The position numbers and the translations under genes were made by a program. Of a stretch of DNA of 64,000 nt, positions 1 to 13,200 are shown piece by piece. The notes beneath the pieces were generated by a model. That model was not told the origin of the DNA. It did not search any database and was given only the letters and a program-made list of their open reading frames with translations. Source of the DNA: Iphione sp. A-MEVVRFRX5. Taxonomy: Eukaryota. The first letter of the stretch is position 1. The number at the start of each line of letters is the position of its first letter. The DNA is taken from NCBI GenBank assembly GCA_976226885.1, contig OZ320313.1:75702001-75766000 (forward strand), read 5' to 3'.

Positions 1-259
1 GTTTACCTAGTACGAGAGCGTTTAATTTCTTCAAGTTGAAACTATAGTAATACTTGTATAAATAACAGTAGGCTTCCTCTAAAATTTAAACGTCTGTCTT
101 TGGGGAAAAGATGGTGCTTTAGCCTGTAGGGTAACTTATAGCTGGATATGATAAAACAACAACTTCAAAGCATCAGGATTGAAGGGGAGGCTTACACATT
201 TAGACACGATATGAAATCCATCTTTAATCTGTTTCTTAACAGTCGAGTCGGTGTTCAAG

Positions 260-480
260 ATGAATGATTCAGACGCCGGTCGGGAGAGCTCGTCCTGTGA
301 TACCCTGCTCTCGCTAGCAGTGGGGTCACTGGCATTCAATGTTTGCGTGGTGCTGTATGTTGGAACGCAGAGGACACTGGTTTTCTTAAAAGATACGTCT
401 TGCATTAGGAAACTGAAATTCGTAGGAGGAAGTACATCGCAAGATACGAGTCTTTCGCTGCACAGCATAGTTTGTAGAAT
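260..480 (+). CDS. TLC-domain (TRAM/LAG1/CLN8 family) membrane protein, coding exon 1
   Basis: Acceptor tttcttaacAG ends at 242, ATG at 260 (aagATGa), and the frame is open to donor AT|GTGAGT at 481 (phase 2). It encodes a hydrophobic helix (LLSLAVGSLAFNVCVVLYV). The phase matches the acceptor at 1150 (AT+T = Ile). Confidence 0.8.
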
Positions 481-1150
481 GTGAGTATTTCCTACATTAG
501 CTCATTTTAATTTACTTGTACTTACCTGTAGGCCTACGACATATTCTTTAATGTACATTTATGCAGAGATGGGGCAAAGGCCACATTTTTTGTCCCCCAC
601 CTCATACAGTGGGACTATACGAGTGCTGCTGGCTGACTGTCAGACTTTCCGTCATACTCTTATGAGTCCTACTTAGTCTAAAACCTTTCAGTTACATAAA
701 TCAATTTTGATATATGATACTCATATACACTGGTCCATGACACTATGTAATTTTGATAGTAATTCAATTATCCTAAGGGTGAAATGATGTCAAGTTCACT
801 CTTTTGCTAACATACCAACATAGGCCTACATACCTTATTTAGGGATTTCTAGATATGACGATGTACTCACATGCACATACACACACACACACCAATACTC
901 CCCTTCTACCAGCACTATCGAGTACCAATCAAGGTACATGTAGTTGTAGAAAGAGAGACCTTTCTCCCACTCCTCCAGCCCGGCAAGCAATCAATCATGA
1001 AATGGGAAGTTGATGGTTGGGGACACTAGACCTTGAAGTTCTGCACTCTTGTAGTTTTGAGGACAGAAATGTAAAGAATTTCGAAAATAAACTCGTTGGA
1101 TATTATATGTATTGAAAACTATGATATAAAGCACCTATTTCTTTCTGCAG

Positions 1151-2123
1151 TGCATCGGACTGTGTGACGGGGGTGATGGTCATCTTGTTCGCGCTCTACT
1201 ACCTTGGCTCCATGCAGGGACCTAACAAATATTTCCTATATCAAGACAAGGAGAGAACTGTGCTAGTTGTCTGTTCAATCACTGCTGGCCGCTATGCGTT
1301 TAAGCTTGGGCTTTTTAATCTGGCAAGAAATCAGCAACCAAAGAAATTGTTTGTAGGCGTTCTACATCATACTGCGTCTCTCATTTTCTACGTAGGGGCA
1401 CTTTGTACCGGCACGAACATGTTCCTCGCCCTGGTGTCGGTCGTTATGGAAACTGATGATTTTGTACGCTTGATCATACAAATACTGAGAAAAAGGGACA
1501 GGGTCCCTCAAACTTCCATATTTGGGCTGAATATTACTGGCCTGCTGCTGGCCCTATCTTTGCGCATCTGCGTGCCATTGTGGGCTACTGTAACCATGTT
1601 TTATCAGCGCCCTGTCAAACAGTTGCCTACGTCATGGTTAGGCATCTTGTGTTTTGCGTTGTTCTTCTTTGGTGCGTTTGGTCTGTGGACAGTCATGAAC
1701 TGGCTCGTATACGTCAGACGAGCATGGTTGTGTCTACAACAGGGACCCTCCGGATGCTTTGTGGAGGACACGGATCGGGGCAGCGTGCACAACAACCTTA
1801 CTCCCACACTGAACCCGTTGAGGCAGGCTCAACCCTATGACTACACATTGGCGAGCAGCTATGGGGAACTCCGAAAGCCACGGGATGCCAAATTAAATAA
1901 CGTGCATACTCTGTTAAACCTTACCAACAATTACTCCAACCTTTTTATATCTAAAGACGCACAGACAGTGGAAATAATATCAGGTACAAAAGCGAAACAC
2001 ATGAGAGGCGAGGCAAACGGAGAGGCGGACAGTGACACGGTAGGCCACAACGATGCAGAAACTGCAGTGGTAGGAGGTGTCGCCTCGTGGAACCACGTTG
2101 TATACATGGATGACTCACCATAA
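1151..2123 (+). CDS. TLC-domain membrane protein, coding exon 2 (last); spliced protein 397 aa
   Basis: Acceptor ctttctgcAG ends at 1150 and the frame is open to TAA at 2121-2123. It has several TM helices, the TLC-type His-His motif (GVLHHTAS, 1365-1370), a downstream Glu (VMETDD, 1449) and Arg (SLRIC, 1563). This spacing resembles CLN8/TLCD/TMEM56 proteins. Confidence 0.85.
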
Positions 2124-5100
2124 CCACTTGTGCTGTCGCTGGCCCTAATTTCCTGTGCGACATGTATGTCTTTGTATCCTGCTCTGGCCTTATTATTACA
2201 TGTATACAAAGTAACGACTTGAAAGACAACCTTTTTTCCCTAGAGCGGTCGTAATTGGTCAATGCCCCCTATCAGTCTCTGCATAGGTCTTCTGCTTTGT
2301 CTGCTTTACTTCACTGTTACTTCATGCCGCGCTGTCTTCTTTACTTTTTGCCTTTGTCTGTCTGTGCCTCCCATGATTAAGGTGTAAAATCAATGCATGC
2401 TTCATTCATGCGTGATTGTTACATTCATCACCGATAGTGCATCATGTTTGTGTTCATCAAAGGTCATCGAAAAAAAGAATACCAGCTAGAGGCACATAAC
2501 AGTTTTAAGATTAGGTGGGAGAGTGCACTGAAGTACATAATTTGCTGTCATGTCATATAAGTTTACACCAAATAAGCATGAAGTCATTATGCCGACGATG
2601 ATTTTGTATAGTTTTCTTCAACACCTATGCAAGAAGTTTGGCTTTAGTATTTCGTAAACGTTTACAGCAACATACATGCACACACTAACAAAAAAAATGC
2701 AACATACGCTTTATCTAATGCCTGTCAGATCACAAGGAACATATTGCATACATCTGCTCCACGGCGGATAGACAGCACATGTATGATAGATAACGTACAT
2801 GCAGGCATGGCGTTTGCGTCAGACATGGCCAGACAAAATAATTTCATGCACGCCCAGCAGACTACAGTGTATATAGTGGTGCATCCGCGGGCAACGGACA
2901 CCACTGGTTTTGCGGCTACATCGATGATATTGCGGTTCTGAAGTATATCACCGGCACGTGGAAGGTAGTAGTGAATAGAGGTCAAATAAGTCGTGCGGTT
3001 AAGATGTTAAAATACATATATGTAGGCCTAGGTGTATGACATGAAAATTCCCTGAGGATATGCACTGAACATTCAACTATATGATGTTAAGAAATGTATT
3101 TAAACATTGTGCATGCCATTCTAAACACGCTCGTTTATATTTAGAAATACATGTAAGTTTAAAAGAATATAGTCACAGAAAATGCCGTTTAGCAAGAGAA
3201 TTTTGAAGGAACATACGCGTATATGTATCTCAGTACAGTCATATTGACATCCTATTGCTTGTACATGTATAGTGGGCCTACAAAGAGAAAAACATTGCTT
3301 AGCTTAAATTATGGACAGGTACAAGTCCACTATCACTGAATATTAACTAATCTATGATATACTAATGTAGGGAATAATGACATTTTAGGAGGCTTGCAGG
3401 TCTGGGCCTGCCCCTAGAAAACCGTAAGGATAGGGACGGGGCGAGGCCCATCACAAACACAAAATGTCATCCTCTGATCTGGGAAAGGTTGGAGGAAAAA
3501 ATGGAAAGTTTCATAGGTAGGAATAAAGTGAAGTGGGAAAGACTGTTGTGATAAAAAATAAGTGAAAATGGGAGGGAATGTACGTCAGACCATAGGTTAT
3601 GTCATCGGTATCATTTTTTACTGGTTCAACATTTCATGAATCCGAACAAATGTTTTTTTCCTAAGGTGTTCGGTATACTTTACCTTATTCGTCTTTAGAA
3701 ATGTTATGTAAAATGTAATAATTACATTTCACTGTGTCAAACCGAGAGCTTACCCACAACCGTGTAAAATACATAGGCCTAGCCATCTATTAAGCCGGGG
3801 GAAATTTGGTGTCTTTCCCTTCCTATTTACATGTAAATTTCATACATTTACTCGGAAAGCCTAAAGAGTCAGACGCAATAATTCAAGTCGCATAACAAAA
3901 AAAATCATACTCTGATAAACCGATTAACCACATTGTTTTTGTTCACGCTGAATGAGGTCGGTACACCTAGGTTTCGCCAATGTATTCCTCCTTGCAATTC
4001 TATGAAAGTTGACTGGTTGCCCCCTTGTGGCAAACTTAGGAAATTCAAACTTTGGAAAAGTTCATGAGAGTCCCGCCAGATGGATAGCTGTCCCCATTGC
4101 CTTTTGTGTGAACAATGAATGCATGTACAATGTAGTAGCATCGCAAGTATGAACCAGGGTTGAAGTGTATGGATTTTAAGGGATTCGTCAGATACCATTA
4201 TTTACTTTAAGTTGTTTTTGTGAGTCTAAATACCTAATAGATCTGAAATAAAATTACTTCACACACACTGCCTCGGAAGGAATCCTATACATTGTAATTA
4301 TCAGTGAGTTTTTCAAATGAATATGGTAGCTTAATATCTGTAGCCATCAGGCCCTCTACAAAATACCTTACTTAAAAGAAACGACTACGAATCATTAAAA
4401 CTATTGCCTACTTGCCTAGACCTTGGCTAAATCACGGGCAAATATAAAGTAAAAAGCCACATACCCAACACAGAGCAATAAAATATCTCTAAAGCAATGC
4501 CCAAGCTTTTCAATGCACTGGTTTCTGTAACAGATCCATCGATTCAACCATTACAATGAGCTGTGTTTCACCATTTGTTCTAGTTACATATTGTCACGTA
4601 TCTATACTGATCTGCCTCCCTCACCAAACAATGTCCACATAGCTTAGCTGACAGACTTGAACATAGATGGGGAGATTTCTCATGTCACTAAGAAAAAACT
4701 ATAAAAGGTAGGATAAAATGGTTTGGCATGTATGTATAGGTAAGATATCGAAGATCATTGGTTCAAATTTTGAGACATTTCTGTGGAGAAATAAGAAACT
4801 GCAGCAATTCAAGTTTAGCCTTTTGAGGTAGGATTGAATACAGGCTCAGAGCCAGTGTCGAGGCAGGGTGTATATAGGTCAAATTCGCACTTGCCACCTG
4901 GTGTGAATGGACGGGTGCTAAACTACCTCAGGCTAATGGTCATATTAGGACACCCAGAGACTATTATTCATAATTTACATTTAGAAATATCTATATTATT
5001 GGCACTATGATAAGTATAATACCTTAATATTAAGCATATTAGCACATTACCAGACTTAGTTCACAATTTGAACACTAGGTGACCCATAGGGGGAGTGTTC

Positions 5101-8100
5101 AAATAATATTAAATCATTTACCCGAACTTCCATCCCCACCCCCACATCTAGATTGTATAAGTCCCGTACACTTTAAATATCAAGTACATATATGTGCCAT
5201 ACTTTCTTTTTATAGAGTAAATCACTAACATGATGGCTCATTTACAGTGATCACAGCATACTTTGTCTCTGGAGCAGAATGTATAATTAGTACTTCTGGC
5301 TACACTATGGTAAGCCTGTTACCATTCTCTCAATATAATGCAATGATTGAGCAAATTGCCTTTTGGGTTCAGAGAAGACTTAGCGTCTCAATCCTGTTTG
5401 TAAATCGTTCAGCTGCAGTGTACTTTGTCCCAATCTTACCACAATTAACCCCGTCTTAATATCTGATAATTGAGATTCATGTTTGCTTAATGTAATGATA
5501 CGAATAAAGTTTCATGTATGCATTCTCCAACTTCATCTTAAAATGTTATGTTTTCCTTTCGTACTGTGGATTGAAATGCCCAGCTCTCGCCAAGAATGTT
5601 GATGATGAATAATAAAGTGTAATGGTAATATTTCTACCTTAACAAAATTAATGTACTATGAAAAAATGGAATAGGACGTCACGGAATGCTATTTCCCTGA
5701 TATAAGCTTAGAAATTAGTGGTATATGGGTTTTGCTCTTTTACAAGCTTGGATACTTCCTTTTTCTTTACCTTATTTCTCAAATTTGCGTTTCCTGCAAG
5801 ATGTTCTAATACCATCCGAAGGTATCCCTTCTTCAGGTATACAAAGACTTTTACCATATGCCAGTTGTTTTCCCGTTAAGAATCGTTATATGACTTAAAA
5901 TAAAGTTGCTACTTCAAAGGTATCAAACAAAAGCGTTGATCCCCACCAGAAGGTGGTCTGTCTCATAAAGAATCCACCCTTCTTCGTCAGTTAGGGCGAC
6001 GGTTCTCATACTATTTGAATTACATGTATATTCGCTGTTTTCCGCTCCACAAAATGGCTCATTTCCCAGGAAGGAAAGCGCATCTTTTATGGTATTATAT
6101 CCTATTATTATAGATGGAATCGCAGATAGGAAAGTATGTAATTGCCACAAGGACATAAAATTTATGTACATTTTTTTTTTTATCAGTCCTATACCAAATC
6201 CTATTGAATAGAGTTCTATTAGTGAGTACCGATGGTGTTGTCAGGGACAGCCACTGGCTTTTGATCATGTTAATGGCATCTCCCTAAATATTGGTATAAG
6301 ATCAGTGTCATGGTAACCAAGGCTTAAAATCCATACTTTATTAAACAATAGGCCTTATCTATATTATTCAGCGGACTCATATCGATAGCATTGTGCTTCG
6401 CTGCAGTAATGTCATATAAAGTCTTAAGCCAGGCACCTTTTTTGCTCTGTTACAAAGCTTTTAGAGACACACAGAAAGGAAAGACCAAACAAGATCTATA
6501 TTACAATACATACAGTGCAAAACGTGCGCGAACGTTAATCGATAGTGCTGCTCAAATAAGGGGCATCCTTTCGCAGTGTTACGTGGGGATATGATCCTCA
6601 AAGCGCAGCTTTGAGTGCACTAGCCGACGTGAATGTCCCATGCGATAGATCTTCAGGGGAATACTATAATCACCTAGATATATTCGCGTGTGCATCTTAA
6701 CTGCAGGTCCTTGTAGGGACTAAATTTGGAATCTTGAATTCCTCGATACGTGCGGCGAGCCTGATGCTCTCCAGATATAGAACGAGATACATCGAATTGA
6801 TGAGAGGGAGCAAGTTTGTGGCATTATGTATAAGGTGCATTATGGAAGGACCTATTATGGTCCTTGGAGAAGGAGGCGCCTGGTTTGAGCCGAGTGTCTG
6901 GTAAGTAAGTGCCGTGGTTGCACGCCGAAGCCTTCGTGTGCGACGCTTCAGTTGTATTTTTGGGGTAGGAGGGGGTGAGGGGTACGCTGCCAGTTGGTTG
7001 CTGGTTTGGGCGGGAGGGTGGCTGATCGATACGCAGCTGGGATGCGTCGCTTCTCCAGCGTGGCGGCAACAAGACCACGAGAGGACGCACCCGGCACTGT
7101 ACGCGCGCATGTAGAGCCGGAAGAGGAACGGGAGGTGGCGGAGGAGGGACCGGCAGGCGCCGTACAACGACTACCAGCAGGAACACGCCCTTACCATTGA
7201 CTTCAGATCAGGGAGGGCAACGTACCGCGGAGGGCATACACGCTGCACGCACCTCGTCTGGCTGCGCAGGTCGTCATCGCGCTTTCAAACGCCTGTGCAG
7301 GAACGCTGGGCACTAATACTGCTGAAGGCGCGCCGCAGGAAGGAACCACCATGGACCAACTCTAAGCGGTGGCACCAAAGCCTGGCTGGGGGCTGGGCGC
7401 AGTTGCGGTAACCGGTATAGGGTACAAACGCGCCGCCACCGCTCCTGACCGCCCATTTGCCAACCACGCCTAGATATGATACCAGGATCGTGCAACCTGG
7501 TCCACTACCCTGGAGAACGAGACTAGTTTCACATGCAAAGTCAATATATAGCGAGTGCGCTCTCATATATCGTGCTCCGGGGTCGTGCTTTGAGTGGTCG
7601 CTAACAAGCATACCGAAAACCACCGAGCTAGCTTGACACCAGTCACCATGCTCTCCAGGTGAGACAATGAGGCTGAAAGTTGTACACCGTGTGACCGGAC
7701 TTGCTGCCAACTGTTTGTAATCACCTCGCCTGTATACGCCGATGCTTGCTCACTGCACACGAGCGTCCGGTGCGATCTATGCTCCAAATGTGTGCTTTCA
7801 CACGCGCTGAACGCGTGCCTGCATGCCTTCTTGCTGGCTAATGTCTAAGCTTTATGCCAGAGGCACTTCAACATATGTCTCGCCGAGCAAGCCTCTTTAA
7901 TGCACTGCACAGGATAATGATGTATAAGCAAAGTTTGTGACAAATATTTAAGGCGTGTTGACTGCCTTTAGGTGCCGCTTTGCTGTTGATCCATAACCGC
8001 AGACAGAGCCGGATAACGTCAGGATCACTTAAAACGCAGAATATGAGATGTACTTTTGTGTTTCTAGACCTTACATTCGTTGAAAGTCAGGCAGGAATAA

Positions 8101-8840
8101 GTAAGATATATCGTGGTCGGTGACCTAAAAGGATGCAAAATTCACGGTTAAGCGGACCGTATAGATCGATTTGCATTGACCGGATCTACTGTGTTGCATA
8201 TGTCAGCAGCTTCACCCAAACGGCTTTTGTTAGTTCGGCCTGCATACCACTATAGCGTCCACATACAACGATCCGTGAATGGGAATAGCATCTATATGGC
8301 AATAACGGATGGAACGATGCGGATCTCCAGGTGATTTGCTCCTTTCATTTCGGACAGCTTCACAGGCGAAGCAATGTTTGAACATATTGTGAAGAATGAA
8401 AGGTAAATTCATCATAGCCAGACACCGCATTTCTGATGCGTAGCTAATGGAAGCATCCTATATAGTAGGTGCATATAAATATGACCCATGATGTGAAGGC
8501 ACCATTCTCCTCACTGCCAGACAGATTTTAAATATTGTTTATTGGCTTCTGCATGCAGATTGTGCATGTCCTGACGGTATCAGACACCAGACAGCAATAG
8601 TAATAGCCTTCATTCACGCAAGGCCTGGTACTTCCGTATCGAAAGGACTAATGTGACGGAACGGTCGAAAGGGGCTGCGAGATTTGAGTCGATTCAAGAA
8701 CCCCGGGCATAAGAGTGGGATAAATCTCTCTTCCTGCCTGGAGCATTGACCCCGTAAAGTGACCAGAGAAAGGATGGAGTTTTAGGCACAGTCATTCGGA
8801 CCGCGCTGGGAGCCTTCGGGTGAGGGACAGGGGGGCCAAG

Positions 8841-9275
8841 ATGGCGCAGCTTCACCGCTTTGTAAAGCTTAATGACCGCTTCGACACGCAGGTATTTATC
8901 TTCATCCTGCCAAGCACTCTGATCCAGCAGACCTCGCCGGACGTATTGTCGCGCGAGTTCGTCTACGGCAATCAAAAGTGGCGCGTGTGCATGATGCGCA
9001 ACGACAAGCACCTGAGCGCCTACCTGACGCTCAACAACGCTTGCGATGGACTCACTTGTCTCATGGACTTCTCATTCACCATGATCAACAGTGAGCATTT
9101 TACGCGCAACGACATGTACATTGAACGGAACTGCCGCTTCACCGCCGACAAGTCTATGCATGGCCGACGCACCTTCATCGGCCTCACCGATCTGCAGACG
9201 CGCGGCTTCCTTCACTTCGAGCGCCATTTTGTCGTCGAACTCGAAGTCAGAAATGCCCGGAATATATTTGAGCAG
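8841..9275 (+). CDS. Tandem MATH/TRAF-like domain protein, exon 1 (first MATH-like domain)
   Basis: Strong start context gccaagATGG, GC3-rich codons, and donor CAG|GTGAAT at 9276 (phase 0). The peptide has MATH hallmarks: SREFVYGNQKWRV, LSAYLTL, DFSFTMIN, HGRRTFIGLTDL..RGFL...FVVELEV. Confidence 0.85.
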
Positions 9276-10203
9276 GTGAATAGTCTCGATAAGGAACAAA
9301 AACCAGTTACATTTATGCACGTGATACTAATTTAAGTGAGTGAGTACCCAGCGTAGACATGTGTATTTTCTCTTTGCAAAGAGCTTCCATTTGAATGCTG
9401 ATCTGAGAACTGCTTGGCATGTTGAGTTTAGTTCATTTTTCTTGTTTAATTATCAAACGTTTCGTTCCTTCCGCACTCACATATGCGTGTTCAAAGGGTC
9501 ATACTCATGTGTATTTATTTTAGTGGCATTGAGATTTTTTTAACTATTCATTTCACTCGTTAGCACCAATTTACAAAATAATGTGAATTTATAATTACTA
9601 CTTACCACAGCAGGACTTCAAAGAAAAAGAATACCAATAATTCGTTCGCCCCATGAATATTTTTCTTTTATCAAAGTGAATTTAGCAGAGAGTGGTTATA
9701 ATTGGATAAGTGGACTACTTTATTAATAGAGAAGCTGAATTCGGCGTATGGGTGACAAAATACGTACAAGTAATGTAAATCTATAACACGTTGTCACAAG
9801 GGTAACCTTCTCTCCCTCATTCTGTTTTTATATATCAACGTACGACAAAATGTTACAATCCTGTCGGCCCTTGTGTCTGAGCCAAACCACTCCCTTTCAT
9901 GTCTGTCCTCTTTAGTGGTTATTTTTAAACATAAATGATAGGGCTGGGGTGAAATTTTGTCTTCGGTTGTTCCTATTAGTATCCAAGCCCGCCATTAGGT
10001 GTTAGATAAAACAACACGCGGCGGCGAATCTGACATTTCACTCCAAATGAAACAAAGGGAGATAACGGATGCATAACAAGGGCGTAGTAGTGCGTGGAAA
10101 GAATGAGGCAGACAGGGTGAGCCAGCGATTGGGGAAGAAGAGACGCCAATTTGGAAAATGATTCTGAAAACAGCTTGCTTAGTTGTCTCTCTCCTTACGT
10201 TTT

Positions 10204-10207
<4 letters not shown>

Positions 10208-10257
<50 letters not shown>
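10208..10257. repeat. (CT)n microsatellite, about 25 units
   Basis: Uninterrupted CT run. Confidence 0.98.
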
Positions 10258-10259
<2 letters not shown>

Positions 10260-13200
10260 CCCCTTTTCTTTACCTCTCAATCACACTGCCTTAGCATATT
10301 TCTCCCGTTTACTAGTTGACTTTGTGCAGGGCTACCTGCCATTTCAGCAGGGGTGTTGACCGGGGGATAAAACTGTATTGCTACAGATCAACTACCTTTT
10401 TATTCTCGACAGATCATACTAGCATCCAATTTTAATTGCATTCCTAATTTGAGATGAATTGATGGAAAGGGCACCAATCTTATGATATATCAGCCTGTAT
10501 CAGCCTAAATGTTATCACTTATATACATGTATATAATAATATATAAAGGTCTATTGTAAGTGTGCCAACAGAATATTGCATGCCTGAAACTTGTTGCGCT
10601 AGTGTAACCTCTCTCCTATGTTAAGACATGAAATGACAAATGCCAAACGCCAAATTGATACAATGTAGATATTAATCGGATAAGACCTAGGGTAAGAATA
10701 CTTTCTCATTATGGCAGCACTGTAAGGACCGACTTATTTGTACTACATATTTAGGTGACTAGAACTCCTATTTGCGTTTTTAAAAAGTAAGGAATAGTGC
10801 TCATGTAACACTAGGTGCAGCAGCATGTGTGTGGGACAGAAATCCATAAAAGTGTAAACATGTGGGAGACAAACGTCTACAGACACAACAAACTATAGAA
10901 TATCCGTCCATTACAAAATGTAGATTTGTATGGAAAAAATCGGATATGTTTAGATAGCACCATATACACACAAGGGCGACCAGGGCTGTTGTTGATAGAG
11001 GGGGGGGGTTGGAATACTGCCCTTTTCCAGTACCAGGTGACTTGGTGTTCTTGCTTTCATCTGCTGAGCCTCTGTCATTTTTAACAAAATTCCAGAAGCA
11101 TCTCATGTAGTAACACAAATTAGGAGTGAAAATGACATTTTGAGGTAAGTTACACTTCGATGGAACAAATAATGATTGTTTTAACACATGATGTAGGTTT
11201 CTGAAATGAGTTCTTCGACCTAATTTGTGAAAATACAGTGTAAACAGATATTAAAGATATTTAAATTGATAAGACTGCTTACATGTACAAAATGTAATCG
11301 ATTACTGTTAATGTCACCTAATATTTTCACGGTACTAAAATTCTAGACTAGTTGATAGCAACGGGTGAAAAAGGAAAAAAGGTGACCACGCAGCCTTCAT
11401 CTCTCCGATATAGAGACACCCCTAATCTACCGTCGTTCCATCCCACATCACCAGATATTGATATATGCGTACATGTACGTCGGTAGTACATGTACCATTA
11501 ATTAACATAAATAGTCATGAAAAAAATAGAACAGTTGAATGGAAGAGATTATTTTGTCTATGTAATCTGGAGGGTTATTACCAGTCTGTCAAACTCCAAG
11601 CTCCCACAGTATCAGTTACTGCAAAACCGGACAAACGCTAATGCTGCTTTGGGATCTTTGTCCGCGGCTCATCCGGACGACTATGCAAATGACTGTTGCG
11701 ACTTCCGGTGATCTTCACTGGAGGCCGTGCGTCACACATGAATAAACAATGCCTCCAAAAATTCGGGCTTAGACCCCTGCTCACTGCGCTATAATCTGCA
11801 GACAGATTCCCTCCCGTAAGCCTTCTGTCCGAGCATCTGCAGTGGCGAGCGCGCCTCGCTAGAATGGGTCAAAGGTTTGTCTCGAGGGAGAGCTGTCACC
11901 GTTATTGGCGGGGCTACTGACAAATCCGAACCTTAGAGATAAAGGCTGCAGATGACCCACCTAGCTGAGGTATAGTCGTCGAGGCAAGGCTTTAGCCCGG
12001 CAGAGGGCCTTTAGAAAGCGAAGGCTTCTATAGCGTGAGGATTGCTCATTATCGGTAGGGCGGTACTGCCAGGCCAAACGTGTAATCTGTTTATTTACGG
12101 GACCTGTGCGGAGGGTGCCAGGAATTGTTAGGATCCAAGCCGTGGGCTCAGAAGCAGTGCCAGTAATGGCTGATGGCGTAATGAAGGTCATTACAAGAGG
12201 ATTAATCTCCACGAACAATTCACAGTAAGCGTCTTACTGCTATCACCAGTCTATCGCTTCGCCTTCGGGGAGAAAGTTTATTTACTGGCGGATTCTCACA
12301 CTTCCTGGTGACACGGTGGCTGGTGCCTGTGATAAACATTTCCGCCATTTCTTCTGCGTCAGCCGGATAGGCTGCTTATTAGAAAGGATATTCCCTTTTC
12401 CTGATACTAAGCGTTAAAGACAAAGGTAATAAAATACAAAGGATGCATAATGTAATCCTGGGGTGCACCTATGGGCGAATAGTGTAACGGTACTCAGATT
12501 GTGTTTGCCCCAACAGAGAGCAGCTGAAATGAAAGAGTGTATGACACGAAGAAAGAGACAGGCAGAGAGCGTCAGCCTTAGTCTAATGGGAGAATCGTGT
12601 ACTACATATCAGTATGGTTGTATGCTATAGGAAATAGATGAATAATTGAAATGGTAAATTCATAATTCATGACATTCAAGGAACGCCTCATGCGTGCGCT
12701 CCCCTCCACCTTCGTTATCTAAAACCCATCATGATAACTAAACATAAGCAGAACAGTCTACAGTTATCAGAGGGTGCAGGTATGGTAGAAGACAAACATT
12801 CATCTGAAGAATTTTACGAACTGAATTTCTCTATGGCCGTAGAATTCAATCAATACCTCTCGTTAGGATGGGAAGAGTTGATATAGATCGACGGTGGTAA
12901 AGATGCGATAGTTCATTATTGGTTTGCTGCGCTGATAAAACTTCCGCTCCAGTAGGGTCTAAAAGATGAGGTGGGCGTTGGGCGCAAGGCGTCTGACTAG
13001 CCCCGGGTACGCTGAAAAGGTCGAGCGGTCACTCACCGTGGTGACGGCTCCGATGCGCCAAACGATCCTCCCCTAACGCCACCTTCGGGAGATTGGGAAG
13101 CTGCCTTTACTATAGGTATGACGTCCAAAATGATTTTCCTCGAAACACGAGGAGGGCACCTCCTGCCTAGTGTGTCCCTAGCACTTTTCGCTGCTATTAA

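Noticed and set aside
136-468. 110-aa minus-strand ORF
   Set aside because: Antisense shadow of TLC exon 1 with no recognisable motifs.
2860-2965. Peptide WFCGYIDDIAVLK resembling an RT YxDD or LamG F.G.IDD motif
   Set aside because: In-frame TAA just upstream, no other RT or LamG motifs nearby, and no convincing acceptor. Probably chance.
5066-5104. Perfect 11-bp inverted repeat atttgaacact/agtgttcaaat
   Set aside because: An AT-rich 11-bp stem with a short loop is close to chance expectation in 64 kb.
5923-6171. Minus-strand PSIIIGYNTIKDAL resembling a cytochrome P450 N-terminal motif
   Set aside because: No splice sites in suitable positions and no other P450 motifs (ExxR, heme Cys) nearby.
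8694-9320. Minus-strand ORFs of 105 and 82 aa
   Set aside because: Shadow ORFs caused by the GC3 bias of MATH exon 1.
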